NCBI GenBank assembly: GCA_040954595.2
Contig: CM082578.2
Span: forward strand, 5,748,831-5,812,830
Direction of reading: 5' to 3'
DNA: 64,000 bases
Origin: Balanoglossus misakiensis
Lineage: Eukaryota > Animalia > Hemichordata
Shown: piece after piece, positions 13,722-27,140 of the stretch
How positions within the stretch are numbered: position 1 is the first letter of the stretch
Layout of the letters: the number at the start of each line of letters is the position of its first letter
Position numbers and translations under genes: made by a program
Notes under the pieces: model-generated
Databases searched by the model: none
What the model was told of the DNA's origin: nothing
What the model saw: the letters and a program-made list of their open reading frames with translations, nothing else

Positions 13722-14412
13722 AACAAGCGACCTAGCGGCCGCTACAGCTCACCTGTGAATTATAATCAAGACAACTGTTCATAATTGAATGGCGCACTTT
13801 TAATGAGACTCGGACAAAGAACCCAAAAATGCAAATTTGCGATGAGATAAAACTATAGTAATGCAAAATTCGTCACAAATTCAAAACGTTTGACTTAGAC
13901 ACGTGCATTTTTGAACATGGTTTTGAAGACTCTTAAACCCTAAAATTATTTTAAAATTTCAGATTCTGAAACAAACCTGAACAAATCTAATTTAGATCAC
14001 ACGCATGGATCTGCAGACCAGACTTCGAGAAGAAGCGGATTCTGAGAATATTTGTTTTACCAAAAATTGTAAAAAATGCCCAAAACTATACATATACATG
14101 TATGTATTTAGGTCATCCCTTGGAACCTGCATAACAAATTTCAAAGTAATCGGACAAGCGGTTTCAGAGACGAAGATTTGTTTCAGAAAAACGGCAATAA
14201 GTTCCCCCTAAAATACAAAGATGCAAATTTCGCCACAATTTGAACAAAGTTTAGTTAGCTCATCCCTAGCAACACATACCAATTTAAAATAATTTTGAAA
14301 GTAGTCGGACCAGTGGTTTCAGAGAACTTGAAGACAGGCGTTGACAGACGACGGACGACGACAAGCAATCACCCTATCTGATAAACTCCGCGTCGCTGAC
14401 AGCGAAGCTAAT
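13722..14412. mobile_element. Non-autonomous Helitron/Helentron-like (HINE-type) element with internal imperfect repeats
   Basis: Starts AACAAG followed by the palindrome TAGCGGCCGCTA and AGCTCACCTG. Two diverged internal units (aaatgcaaattt...tcatccct...tttcaaagtaatcggac..gtggtttcagaga). A GACGGACGACG tract and small hairpin precede the AGCTAA end. The architecture resembles invertebrate Helitron-N elements (recognised from memory, not by search). Confidence 0.6.
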
Positions 14413-15604
14413 AATTGATATAACCGCTGCCGTGAATTTCTGATAAATATTAACCTGTACTTGAGACTTTTACAATGTATGTTCCTCAGAATTGTTAGCT
14501 TTTAACGACAAATTTTAATAGCGAACATGGCTTACACAACTTAACCATGGATTGTCACGACGTCTGGCGTAATTTTGCTTATCTAATTATCATCACCCTG
14601 CTCCTATAATTTCCCCTTTTCTTGAATGGGCGTACGTATGACATTTGAATTCCTCGAACACACTCCAATATTATTCTAAATATAACGATAACCGTAGGTG
14701 TGCGACATTCTTAGAGGCTATATACTCATTTCTTCAACAATGTACTTAATTGCTCCGCCAACAGGACTTCAAAAATCATCACGACGACCAAATATGTCTT
14801 TTGATTTTCAAACGAACCTTCGGCACCCACGTCAATATACATATTCCCCTTAAGTTCAACATCGGGCCTATTCCAGTTGTTGCTTTTTCAATCTCTGAAA
14901 GACAGATTTGTACAAGACCTCGACGGATGAACTGACCCCTTTCAGTCCAATCGTACATTGACATCAAAATCGGTGTACTGTACACTCCCTTTTATACCAA
15001 GGTTGTCGCCTCAATGAAGTGTTCATTCTTCCGGTTCATTCGGCAGGTAATCTCCAACAGCAACGCGAATTCACTGTTTTAGATCGCTTACTCTGACGAA
15101 ACCCATTCTCCCATGAAGTGTGAAGAATGATACACCATGACAACAGGAACTCATAACACACATCTTATGAATGCTATTTGTAGAGATCCCCAAATTAGAT
15201 CAATTCGCTAATAGTGCGCCACGCATGTTTTAAAAGGTCGGGTAATAGCTGTAGCTAATTTTAACTCAATGTGTAAAACGCCGCAATTTCGACTGGGTTG
15301 ACCTTATTACTGCGATTTAATCTGGCATAATTGGAATTGACGTCCGCCAAATCGGAACTTGGGAAAATGTTCATGCAATGACAATATACGCCATCAAAGT
15401 TATAGCCATCAAAGTTAATAGCAGCCTCACCATGTCTAATGACGTGGTGTAAATTAATGATCGCTGTCGATGAAATATGCACCATGTAATGTCCATAAAT
15501 GGAATAATATCCTAAAACAATAGCATTGTACCACGAATGTAATATAAATTATTGTAATAGAAGAGTAAACATATGGAGGATATATCGGATCACCAATTAA
15601 GATA

Positions 15605-17820
15605 CCACCATGCCACACCACACCACACCACGCCACGCCACGCCACGCCACGCCACGCCACACCACACCACACCACACCACACCACACCACACCACACCA
15701 CACCACACCACACCACACCACACCACACCACACCACACCACACCACACCACACCACACCACACCACACCACACCACACCACACCACACCACACCACACCA
15801 CACCACACCACACCACACCACACCACACCACACCACACCACACCACACCACACCACACCACACCACACCACACCACACCACACCACACCACACCACACCA
15901 CACCACACCACACCACACCACACCACACCACACCACACCACACCACACCACACCACACCACACCACACCACACCACACCACACCACACCACACCACACCA
16001 CACCACACCACACCACACCACACCACACCACACCACACCACACCACACCACACCACACCACACCACACCACACCACACCACACCACACCACACCACACCA
16101 CACCACACCACACCACACCACACCACACCACACCACACCACACCACACCACACCACACCACACCACACCACACCACACCACACCACACCACACCACACCA
16201 CACCACACCACACCACACCACACCACACCACACCACACCACACCACACCACACCACACCACACCACACCACACCACACCACACCACACCACACCACACCA
16301 CACCACACCACACCACACCACACCACACCACACCACACCACACCACACCACACCACACCACACCACACCACACCACACCACACCACACCACACCACACCA
16401 CACCACACCACACCACACCACACCACACCACACCACACCACACCACACCACACCACACCACACCACACCACACCACACCACACCACACCACACCACACCA
16501 CACCACACCACACCACACCACACCACACCACACCACACCACACCACACCACACCACACCACACCACACCACACCACACCACACCACACCACACCACACCA
16601 CACCACACCACACCACACCACACCACACCACACCACACCACACCACACCACACCACACCACACCACACCACACCACACCACACCACACCACACCACACCA
16701 CACCACACCACACCACACCACACCACACCACACCACACCACACCACACCACACCACACCACACCACACCACACCACACCACACCACACCACACCACACCA
16801 CACCACACCACACCACACCACACCACACCACACCACACCACACCACACCACACCACACCACACCACACCACACCACACCACACCACACCACACCACACCA
16901 CACCACACCACACCACACCACACCACACCACACCACACCACACCACACCACACCACACCACACCACACCACACCACACCACACCACACCACACCACACCA
17001 CACCACACCACACCACACCACACCACACCACACCACACCACACCACACCACACCACACCACACCACACCACACCACACCACACCACACCACACCACACCA
17101 CACCACACCACACCACACCACACCACACCACACCACACCACACCACACCACACCACACCACACCACACCACACCACACCACACCACACCACACCACACCA
17201 CACCACACCACACCACACCACACCACACCACACCACACCACACCACACCACACCACACCACACCACACCACACCACACCACACCACACCACACCACACCA
17301 CACCACACCACACCACACCACACCACACCACACCACACCACACCACACCACACCACACCACACCACACCACACCACACCACACCACACCACACCACACCA
17401 CACCACACCACACCACACCACACCACACCACACCACACCACACCACACCACACCACACCACACCACACCACACCACACCACACCACACCACACCACACCA
17501 CACCACACCACACCACACCACACCACACCACACCACACCACACCACACCACACCACACCACACCACACCACACCACACCACACCACACCACACCACACCA
17601 CACCACACCACACCACACCACACCACACCACACCACACCACACCACACCACACCACACCACACCACACCACACCACACCACACCACACCACACCACACCA
17701 CACCACACCACACCACACCACACCACACCACACCACACCACACCACACCACACCACACCACACCACACCACACCACACCACACCACACCACACCACACCC
17801 CACCCCACCCCACCCCACCC
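15605..17820. repeat. (CACCA)n pentanucleotide satellite, ~2.2 kb
   Basis: Pure CACCA from 15661 to 17795 (427 units), preceded by (CGCCA)6 at 15631-15660 and followed by (CACCC)5 at 17796-17820. Confidence 0.99.
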
Positions 17821-20010
17821 GACTGTGTACATGTGCAGACCTCTTCCAGCTTGAACAGTGAAAAAGTATAATGCTAACAAACTCGTGCGGCAGAGCACTT
17901 TCACTTTGTGCTGTACACTGGTGCAGAATAACACGATTTCAACTTTATCAGATATGTTCAACGGACTGTCCTCAAAGTATTTCAGAAAACTCTTCCGCCT
18001 GATTTGTTGATAATCTTGCAGGATCGGCGGTACACGAGTTACTACCAACATGAAATTGGGCATGCAGGACGTGGCAGCCATGCATGCAATGGACGTAAAC
18101 AAAATGACACCATAGAAACACCAAAACAAATGTAGGAAAGTTCCAATGAGATAATGGGAGTAACAAGCTGTTCATGAAATATTAATTAAACGATTGTTAA
18201 AAAAATATGCAACCATACCTTTCACCATACAGGATCTGTTGTTGCGGTAGCCCCTATCTGTGTACTAGTAAATATGCAGGCCAAATCGATTCGTTCCAGT
18301 TGCCATAGCCAAGTACATAAACATGCGTAACACAATGCCGTCGAACTTTCGCATATATACATACTTTCTAATACACATGTATTAGAAAATGTATCATGTA
18401 AATCAGAACAAAACATTGGCCAAAAGCTTCCCTGATCACTAAATCTGATTAGAACATGAAATGAAATTTGATAACACCGTTATCTCACTTTAAACTTTAG
18501 AATGTATTTTGATATCATGCTCACCTTCACAATCTATTATAATATGGGCTTATGTTATCAAATACCGGTTATATATGCGCTTATGCTATCAAAGACCGGT
18601 TACTTGGGGGGAAAAACAGACACTGAATCCATGGCTACATATGTTTACCAATGTAACCCTTTATGATATCATATGACTACAAGTGAATAAACGTTGACTT
18701 TATTTGAAGCCCGAACATTTTCCCCGAGTAACATTTCGTCGGTAGCAATGTGTCATTTAACTGACCAGACTAAAGTTCATGCAGTAATTACATTTGTACG
18801 CAGCACTGAATACTCAAACGTGTGGCTCAGTCTGTACCGTCGAATGTTTCTGAGCTACAGAATGAAGATTCAATTATAGCGTATGCATGGCTATACTTAT
18901 AACTAGTGATATTGTGCATGTGCTGCAGTCTGTGTAATTACAGAACACACACAGCGTGATGAGATCCGGCAAAATGCAGCCCCCCCCCAAAAAAAAAAAA
19001 AAAAAATTCATTAAATTCACGAGACAAGAAACACGTTTAAAACTGCGTGCGACTTCTCCAGACTATATCATTCAGCGTGGCGGAAGTAATGAAGTCGCGT
19101 GAATCACGAGGGATATATCACACTGGGTGCAACGAGCCCATGTTGATAAAATGAATCGTGGGAACGCAGCAGGAAAAGTGTATCAGCCTCGCATCGGCCA
19201 CAAAATAAAACAAAAAAAAAACAAATCGAAGAGAACAGATCGAGGTTAGTATCAATGGCTCGGAGACTTAAATGAGACTTCATCAATTAAAAGCAAGGGT
19301 GCATTTCCAGTGGGACTGCTACGTTTTTCACCGCCCCGCTACCTTCTGGTTATAACTGCTTATCTCCTGAAAGTCATTATCTTGACTGATTCGTCTTAAT
19401 AGTTCAGCGGTACCCGTGTTTATGCCCTAGGTTTGTAACATATCACAAGTACATGTAGCTATATCGAACTCAAGTACACTGCATTCCCTTAAGAGTTAAT
19501 TAACATGATAATTCATTGGAGTTCTTGTTTCCACGGTGATAGAGTTTTAACACGTCACGGACAAACGTTCCGAAAGAGGTAACCGGCCTGAGATGAGACA
19601 TTATGTGCAATTAGTGAAACTCAGATCATCAGACCACCTGAAGGCATTTGTTCGACTTACATTAAGACTCCATTACTTTCCATCCCCATATACAGTTTGA
19701 TATTTATAAAACGCATGATATGGATTAAGAACTCTACTAATCGCAAAGGACTATTTCATGGCTTTTGGGTCATCAACAAGCAGCGGGTATAGATTGATTG
19801 ATTAATTGAACGATTTCCTTCAAAATAAACTTTTTTGTCGATAAAGATAATAATTGTTGGTTTGTCAATCATGAATGCAAAGTAGGCATTGTAATATTCG
19901 TACTAATAGCAATTTTACCGAATCGGAAAATTAACTACTTCATTTTTCAGGAGTTGAATAGAGTGTTAATGCTTTCAATCGTTGTCTTATGTTTCAATCT
20001 TTAAGTTTTA

Positions 20011-20183
20011 GATTGATTGAGTGTTTGATTGATTAATTGATAGATATATTAATTGATTGATTTGTTCGTTGATTCATTGATTCATTCAATTGTTCATTCC
20101 CTATCAAACGAACCCTCTGTGTATTCAACCACAAATCCATCCATCCATCCATTCATCCACCCGCATCCCACCTACACACACAT
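20011..20183. repeat. Degenerate (GATT)n / (CATC)n microsatellite
   Basis: gattgattga...ttgattgattaattga...ccatccatccatcc. Confidence 0.6.
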
Positions 20184-21220
20184 ACGAATTCTGAACCCGG
20201 TCACCTAAAAAAAATCATGTGATTAAAAGTGCATGGCACACTCTCGTTTAAGCTTGCACTCGTAACATACCCGCCGTGGGACATGCCATGATAATGACTT
20301 CCGCCCCAACACAAGCTGTTCTGTCGCAGTATTTCATCCTTTGTCAGCTTGCAAGAGGCAAGAGTAACGATCGGAAACCGATTTCATCGTCATTCTTAAA
20401 ATGTGAAAGAACACGCCAAGGGGCAAGGGCAACGCGTGGAAACCGATCGTGATTCTGAAAGAATCACAGCAAATTTTGAAAGAATACGCCATTTTATGCA
20501 TACTTTTTTTCTGTTCAACATTGGGTCTGTGGACAAGCTCTTGTCAGAGTTTCAACGGCTATGCCGCGGTTTCCATACATGTAAAGAATACACACATAAC
20601 GGACAGCACAACAGCTTAAAAACTAGACAGATAGTAATGGTAATTTAACGTTACAATGGCTCGACATTTTCGGTATAGATTGCCAGTCACGAAGAAACAC
20701 TGTTTAGATGCAAGGCAGAGAACTATGTTCTGTTAACACTACTGAATCCATTTACCTGTCTACGCAAACCCAAACCCACTTACACGACAGGGTTGGAAAC
20801 TGAAGTCCCTGAAGTCATATAGCTTAACTACATGATGTTAGTGCACTTCAGATGGACGTACACCACAAACACAAGGAAGCGAAATGGATTAATGTATCTT
20901 GGAAGACATCATACCGAGATTAAAGGCAACGATTCGAAATAAACTTCACAGCTGTATATCGCAGAATGTCGTTGAATGCCGCTCACTTAATGAAAGAAAA
21001 GCTTGCCATGATCTCACTATGACAAAACTAAGTGCAATTATTTAGAATGAAACTCCAGCGATATACTTAACACACGTGTTCCGTCCACCGTGTGGGGAGC
21101 CTATTTGCTGTTAAGGGCGAATGTTTGATTTGTTGGATACCTTATTATTTATTATTCACACAGATGCACCTTCGGGCTTTCGTTGTTCTGGTTGCTGTGT
21201 GTATTGCTGCATTGTTATTT

Positions 21221-21445
21221 GTGTTGTGTTGTGTTGTGTTGTGTTGTGTTGTGTTGTGTTGTGTTGTGTTGTGTTGTGTTGTGTTGTGTTGTGTTGTGTT
21301 GTGTTGTGTGTGTTGTGTTGTGTTGTGTTGTGTTGTGTTGTGTTGTGTTGTGTTGTGTTGTGTTGTGTTGTGTTGTGTTGTGTTGTGTTGTGTTGTGTTG
21401 TGCTGTGCTGTGCTGTGCTGTGCTGTGCTGTGCTGTGCTGCGCTG
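21221..21445. repeat. (GTGTT)n microsatellite grading into (TGCTG)n
   Basis: Seen directly, with one phase slip near 21306-21310 and TGCTG units at 21401-21440. Confidence 0.98.
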
Positions 21446-24400
21446 TTGTGTCCTTGTCGTAGTGTATACTTGCAATATGAAGTATTTACAGTCCCAGGAC
21501 GATTACTTCAAAGTAGCCCATTACCCAGGTTGAATTTAACATTATTTTAGCCCGAAGGCTTATAGGCTCTTAGAAAATATGTTTCCATGGTAATTTCATC
21601 ATGGGTCATTACTGTCGCTTTCAAGGCTACAGGGGATATTTGATTCTCGCAACAATGATCGGTCGGTTGTTATTGAGAGCTCCCTCTCACAGGTGATATC
21701 AAAAATAGGCCGTCGACGTTAATTAAGGGCCTGCAGGTCACGAACGACGCATTTATTTCACCGAGGATGTTTAATTGCAGCTAATCAGAACAGATATATA
21801 GTATATCCCATTGCTAATCAATGTGTTGTTACTCTGCATCACATTTAGCTGTATAACATTGACGTAGACACCCCGCCAACATTTGAGTACATGTGAACGA
21901 CATCCCTTCAGGCATTGAGCATGAATCAGGAAAGTTGACACAAACAGAGGACGCGTGCGGCTTAATTGAGGCTTACTGGATATTGGGCCCTACGTCATGT
22001 TTTACCTATAAACTGCCTATTTGACGAATACCCATTATTATATTAAAACGTTAAGAACACTGGCATGTTTAGTTACTAATGTTTTCCCAGGATCTTTGGT
22101 GAAAGTAACCAAGATATGGTGCCAGATGTTTCGTAAATAATGATCTCATAATGTTACCCTACATGTGGCACCTACAAATACAGTATGGGGCTATCGTTTA
22201 CCCTTGAGGGGCTGTGGTGAAATATATAAACACGGGACAAGTGTATTGATGAACAGGAGACAAGCGAATAATATCATCTTACAGAATGACAACGCTGAAA
22301 CCCTCGAATCTTCAGAGAAGAATGCAATCATTTTGCTTATACTTTTGATGGTTGAATATGTGAGGGCAGATCAGCCACTAGTAGCATCTAAAACGAGAAC
22401 AAATGAGTTTAATTACAAAGCCCCTGCTGGGTCAAAAGACTTAAGAAGCAAATCACGGTAGTATGAAATCAGTCAAGGCATGTCTGCAAAACAGTCCCGA
22501 CACAGTTTCTTAAGTTCGCCTATTTGATGTGCACAGGTTCGACATATTGTACTCTTGAATGAAATCGAGTGAATTACACGCGAAACAAATAATTCCGACC
22601 ACGAATAATCCATTACCAAAACGGTTCCCATGCAGGTGGCCATATTGGTCCATCCTGACAAAATCGAAATGTATGGTACATTGTACATGTGCTAGTGTAA
22701 CACTTTGCATGGAATGGGTTTAGTTATGTCGACGTCTGATATTATACCTGAATTTCGGCATTTTCTGGTTTCAACATATACACTCCTCCAGAAGTTCAGA
22801 ACGTCAATTTGTTAGTTTCTAATGTTTTTGCATAACATGCCAAGCATCGGCTGGTTTTAATAGCTTAAATTAACAGAAAATGTATATATGCTGGGTTGTC
22901 CCTTGTAACAGGTTGTTGAATTCTCATGTCCAAAGTACACGTGACTTAGACGTACAAATCAACCCTTGAATGCAACCGAAACTAAGGCAAAGTCTTTACG
23001 CCCGTGTAGTTTCAGACAAAGCGGCAACAAAGCAGGGCTAATTCAGGCATTTAGGCTAGCTCAATTTCCTGCCGTAACTGCTTCCGGTGTGGATCACGCG
23101 CACAGTAACTTGTAAGCTTTAAGTACAAGAAATGTGACCATTAGTGTAATTGGTAGGACAATGAGTCTACTATTGCATCAGCGTGCATGATTAAGGTCTT
23201 CCTGAGATCAAACTGGCTATTGACGAGTCTGCCAACTTGAAATCGCAATGAAATTATCGGGTTATTATGAACAGTTCACGTCAGACAAAAACTCAGTCCT
23301 TCCCAGAAATTTGATTACTGCGTCAACATGTCAAAACATTTCCAGTCACCATGGTGGTATAAGTTAACCTGGGGACGCTGGGGACTTAAGGCTCCGTCGA
23401 TCCGTGCAGCTATGTGCTGTGTTTATAATTAATCCGGTGTCATATATGGGAACCCAAAAGGCGAAACGAAATTCGATTTACGTAAGGACACTGCGTCATA
23501 CATGTATAGCCAAATGGGCGTGATTTGAGGTGATACAGCCGAAAGGTTTTGTGCGTGCACTTCGGGCGCTACGTGAAACAGCGTCCAGACCTCACAAATA
23601 CAAACATATTATTTAAATCACATCAGATATAAAGGCTAGGCCGATTATTCTTTTATAATCTGTCGTTTCCAGTGTCATTACTCTTACATATATATACCTG
23701 TGGTGAGAACATATGATTGAACCGTTCTAAACTCAATATAAGCGGTTTATCCAGTTGTGCAAACCTTTGACCTCGAATAACTGTGAGACCTAATGCATGA
23801 ATGCCATCAAAAGAAATCATTTTATACGCGTTGTGAACTAAACATACTTCTGCCTTTCAGAGCAATGAATATTAAGCCTAAAGATTCATTCGATGTTAAT
23901 GTATGAGGTCTGCACCGCATTCGATGAGTTGCCCTGGCATCAGCGCCAGAGAATAAACCGCAAATCGGTTCTTTATGAGCCGAAGTCAAGGACACAATTA
24001 TGCTTGTATGAATTCATTTCTTCAAGGGAATTGAGCAGATCAACTGACTGAATGAAATCCAAAACATAAACGACGTTTCCCGGGCGAACATCTCATCTAC
24101 GGGAGGAAAAACATAATCATCCTTTTTACAGAGCTCTCCCAGGGAGTCCTCCATACCTTAATTTAGGCTTCTAGAGAATGAATATGTGCGAGTATACCGG
24201 TGGCTATTGTATAAGGTAGAAATAATTTACTAAGATTTATGTGATTGCAAAAAGAATGGCAAAATTATTGTGGCCATTACAGCAAAAGTATGATGTGGCC
24301 ATACATTCGTGCTTTACATTGGATAATATATATTGTGTTTGCATATTGCATATATAACTGTTTGCCAATTTTCTTGTTGACATTTACAGTCTATCTGCTA

Positions 24401-24459
24401 AACACGAACCGTAACATTATGTGTTCTTCATTGTTTAAAAAATACACCTCACACTTTAA

Positions 24460-24647
24460 AGGTATACAGTCACCTCCAATTTACATATATGCCCATATAT
24501 GGCTGAAATGGAGTATTTGAGCGTTCTGAAGAACATATGGTGGCGCTCATTTATTTCGCGTGTGCCACTCAATGAAAATTTGTGATTGGCTAGATCTCAA
24601 TTTGCCACGGTAACTATAGCTAATTTTCCATAGGTGACAGTATACCT
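24460..24647 (+). mobile_element. Kolobok-type MITE (188 bp) with TTAA target-site duplication
   Basis: TTAA|AGGTATACAGTCACCT ... AGGTGACAGTATACCT|TTAA: 16-bp TIR with one mismatch. A second diverged copy lies at 44849-45034. Confidence 0.85.
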
Positions 24648-25164
24648 TTAATATAGCAAATCCAGGAAAAGTAGTGCTGGAAGACCATGTCTGAAAATCT
24701 ATCCCCGCGGTGCACTCTCTTAATTAACTTCCGTTGATAAAGCAGCGGAAAACTCAGAAAGTTTAAACTTTTAGGCGTATTTATGCACAATTTATTCAGC
24801 CAAATATTTATATTCGTCTAAAGTTTGTTCTAATAAGATGATTTGCTATATTTTTATTGATAAGCTTTCTTACGTGTGGTCGCCCCCTACGGCGACTCAG
24901 GATCATCGCCGCCAAAGAAAGGAGAGTAACTTCTTATAAGAAAAAAAAAACATTTCCGCCCGCCTTAGGAATCCTCCCGTTCATCGTGATGCGGCACGAC
25001 ACACAACGACACACCAAATCTTGTTCCAACGCTTCAGAGAAAAGTCGCAACGTATGGGGTAGGTCTTGAGTAAAAAAAAGGAAACGACAAAGTACGATCC
25101 AACTTTCGTGAGTCGTGTCTCATGAAAGATCGCAGTATGTGACAATAGCGATACTATAGTTTAT

Positions 25165-25573
25165 TGACCGTGGGATGGGAACGAATATTTCATGAAAGAA
25201 AGGATGGCCGACGAAGAACATGCAGCCATCCTGTCTTTGACAGCTCTTTTGATCCCCACTCGAAAACCCCGATGGGTCTAGGTCATCAATACAGCACAGT
25301 GTGGAGCCTAGCTAATGGGCTCATCAGTGTATATCAGGGAAAGGTGGAAATGGGCGAACAAAGTAAAGGTACTGCGCGTGTCCGGAATGGCTAAGTGTAC
25401 CCTGCTGGCATGCTATCACAGTCGCATATGGGTTCCAGTTCGCCCAATGTGCGCCTATGCTATGGACCGTCCTGTGCATTTACAACGGGGAGCTCTTCCT
25501 CCTTGCTTGTTGTGTGTGAGTGTGTGTGTTGTTATTGCTTAATAAAATAGAAAAAAAAACTATTTGAATAAAA
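25165..25573 (+). mobile_element. Possible SINE or retroposon 3' portion with A-rich tail
   Basis: GC-richer body with several stems, then a (TG)n tract, AATAAA and an A-rich tail (aataaaatagaaaaaaaaac...aataaaaa). No clear pol III A/B box or TSD seen. Confidence 0.35.
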
Positions 25574-26981
25574 ATGTGTTTGTTTGGTTATTTACAAAAT
25601 ATGGCCAAGTTTGTTAGGTTGTTGACATCTTTGATTGTTGACCCGTGTGTCAGGGTTTTATGCCCATTCTACTTCGAAGTTTGGGAAAGTGTAAACCAAA
25701 TTTTGCAGTCCTCACACCATCTTGGCGTTTGGTCGTGTGAACAAGTGTTCTCGTATATAATGCCCGTTGCGGGGCAAACATCTTTTTACTAGAGGTGAAA
25801 CGCCTGCTATCAGTTCTTACCATACTCTTGTCACTATAGGCAAATGAATATTACCATTTTATATATTAGCCATTTTATCACAATTAACCCCATGCCGTTC
25901 TGCGGCATTTGTGATCATTACTTTTACTGCTTTTATGCAAAGTGAGGCTTGTGAGATCTACACTTGCGTAGGATTCAGGATATCTGAATGCGAAGAAGCT
26001 TACCTAGGACAACACATTTCCATCATTAAGCGAAAGTCAGTGTTAATGACCCCAGAAATCCCACCCATATTCACGTCTATGTCATATCTCACCAGGGGTA
26101 AAAGCTATGTGTAATCTAGGATGATATGAACGTCCAATTGTAATTCTTCTGATCGAAAATGAACGACAGGTGCATGTAGATTCGTCCACATCCGTCACCG
26201 AAAAAGTAAACGAACTGCTCTAATCAAACTGTTTGACCACCCCTTTTAAAAGGAATGATGATGCTTTTCTTAACAAAGTCAAATTCTTGATTCCAATATA
26301 TTTTCTCACAGTATGGCATGACGAATTTTTCATGTTTTTGCTCCGTCACGTGTATTGTGTCGCACAAGCTGTACGCATGTATGTGAAGGAGTGCAGACAG
26401 AAAAAACGGCCGTGTACCGACAGTTTCAGTTGTTATGTTTTATGGCCCATTTGATTTTTTTTACATCTTTAAGCGAAACCGATAAAGTTCCATTATCCTT
26501 TATTGGAAAATTATGACAACCCCCTTACTGCCGGAAACGTTCGGTCACCAACTGTGATTTTTGTTCTTAGCATAGTCATACTAGTAGTTGTAAATAATAA
26601 CGATCACATTTGGTTTATTATAGACGTTTGCCAACCGTATGTTCATACTGTTCCTTTAACCACCGCATCGAGATGACAGTATGAATCCGGCGTCATAGAC
26701 GTTTTGCTTTGACCTTAAAGAGGTATATTTCTTGACGTGGAAATGTACAAAATAAACCAAACTTTTACGCGCACATCCATAGAAATTATAGAATGCTATT
26801 TCTCCGTCAAAAGTACTTTTTTGCTTATGAAACCCAATTAACATTGTGCGTGTTCTCAGTGATCTGAGTTCATAATGGCGTCAGTTGACTCTAATTTAAA
26901 CAGTTATTAGTAGTGTTATCCAATGTTTTATTATATCAGTGCAACATGGCCACGAATATAGCGTTGTGATTGGTTGAGTGC

Positions 26982-27140
26982 AATAATACCCCCCCCCCCC
27001 TCTTGCGGAGGGTGGGCATACCACTCGACTTAGCGCAATTCACTCCATATATGCGGCTCGTGTATATATATATATATATATATATATTTGATTGTGCTAT
27101 ATCCAGTTGTATACCTTCCTGGGGGGGGGGGGGGGTTATT
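26982..27140. mobile_element. Small palindromic non-autonomous element (poly-C/poly-G arms around a (TA)n centre)
   Basis: aataatac(C)n...gggcataccactcga on the left pairs with tccagttgtataccttcct(G)n ttatt on the right. Confidence 0.5.

Noticed and set aside
15661-17795. Telomeric or interstitial telomeric array
   Set aside because: The unit TGTGG is not the metazoan TTAGGG or arthropod TTAGG repeat, and unique sequence continues on both sides.
15454-18129. Five 738-891-aa ORFs (VVWCG / HHTTP repeats)
   Set aside because: Translations of the stop-free (CACCA)n satellite. The hydrophobic N-terminal ~100 aa (17830-18129) matches nothing I recognise and lacks a good splice donor.
21092-21550. 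Cys/Val-rich ORFs
   Set aside because: (GTGTT)n microsatellite artefact.
25314-25448. Type II hammerhead ribozyme on the minus strand (TGGGC-GAA...CTGATGA-GCCCA)
   Set aside because: The core has GAAC instead of GAAA, and I could not form stems I and III with a valid NUH cleavage triplet.
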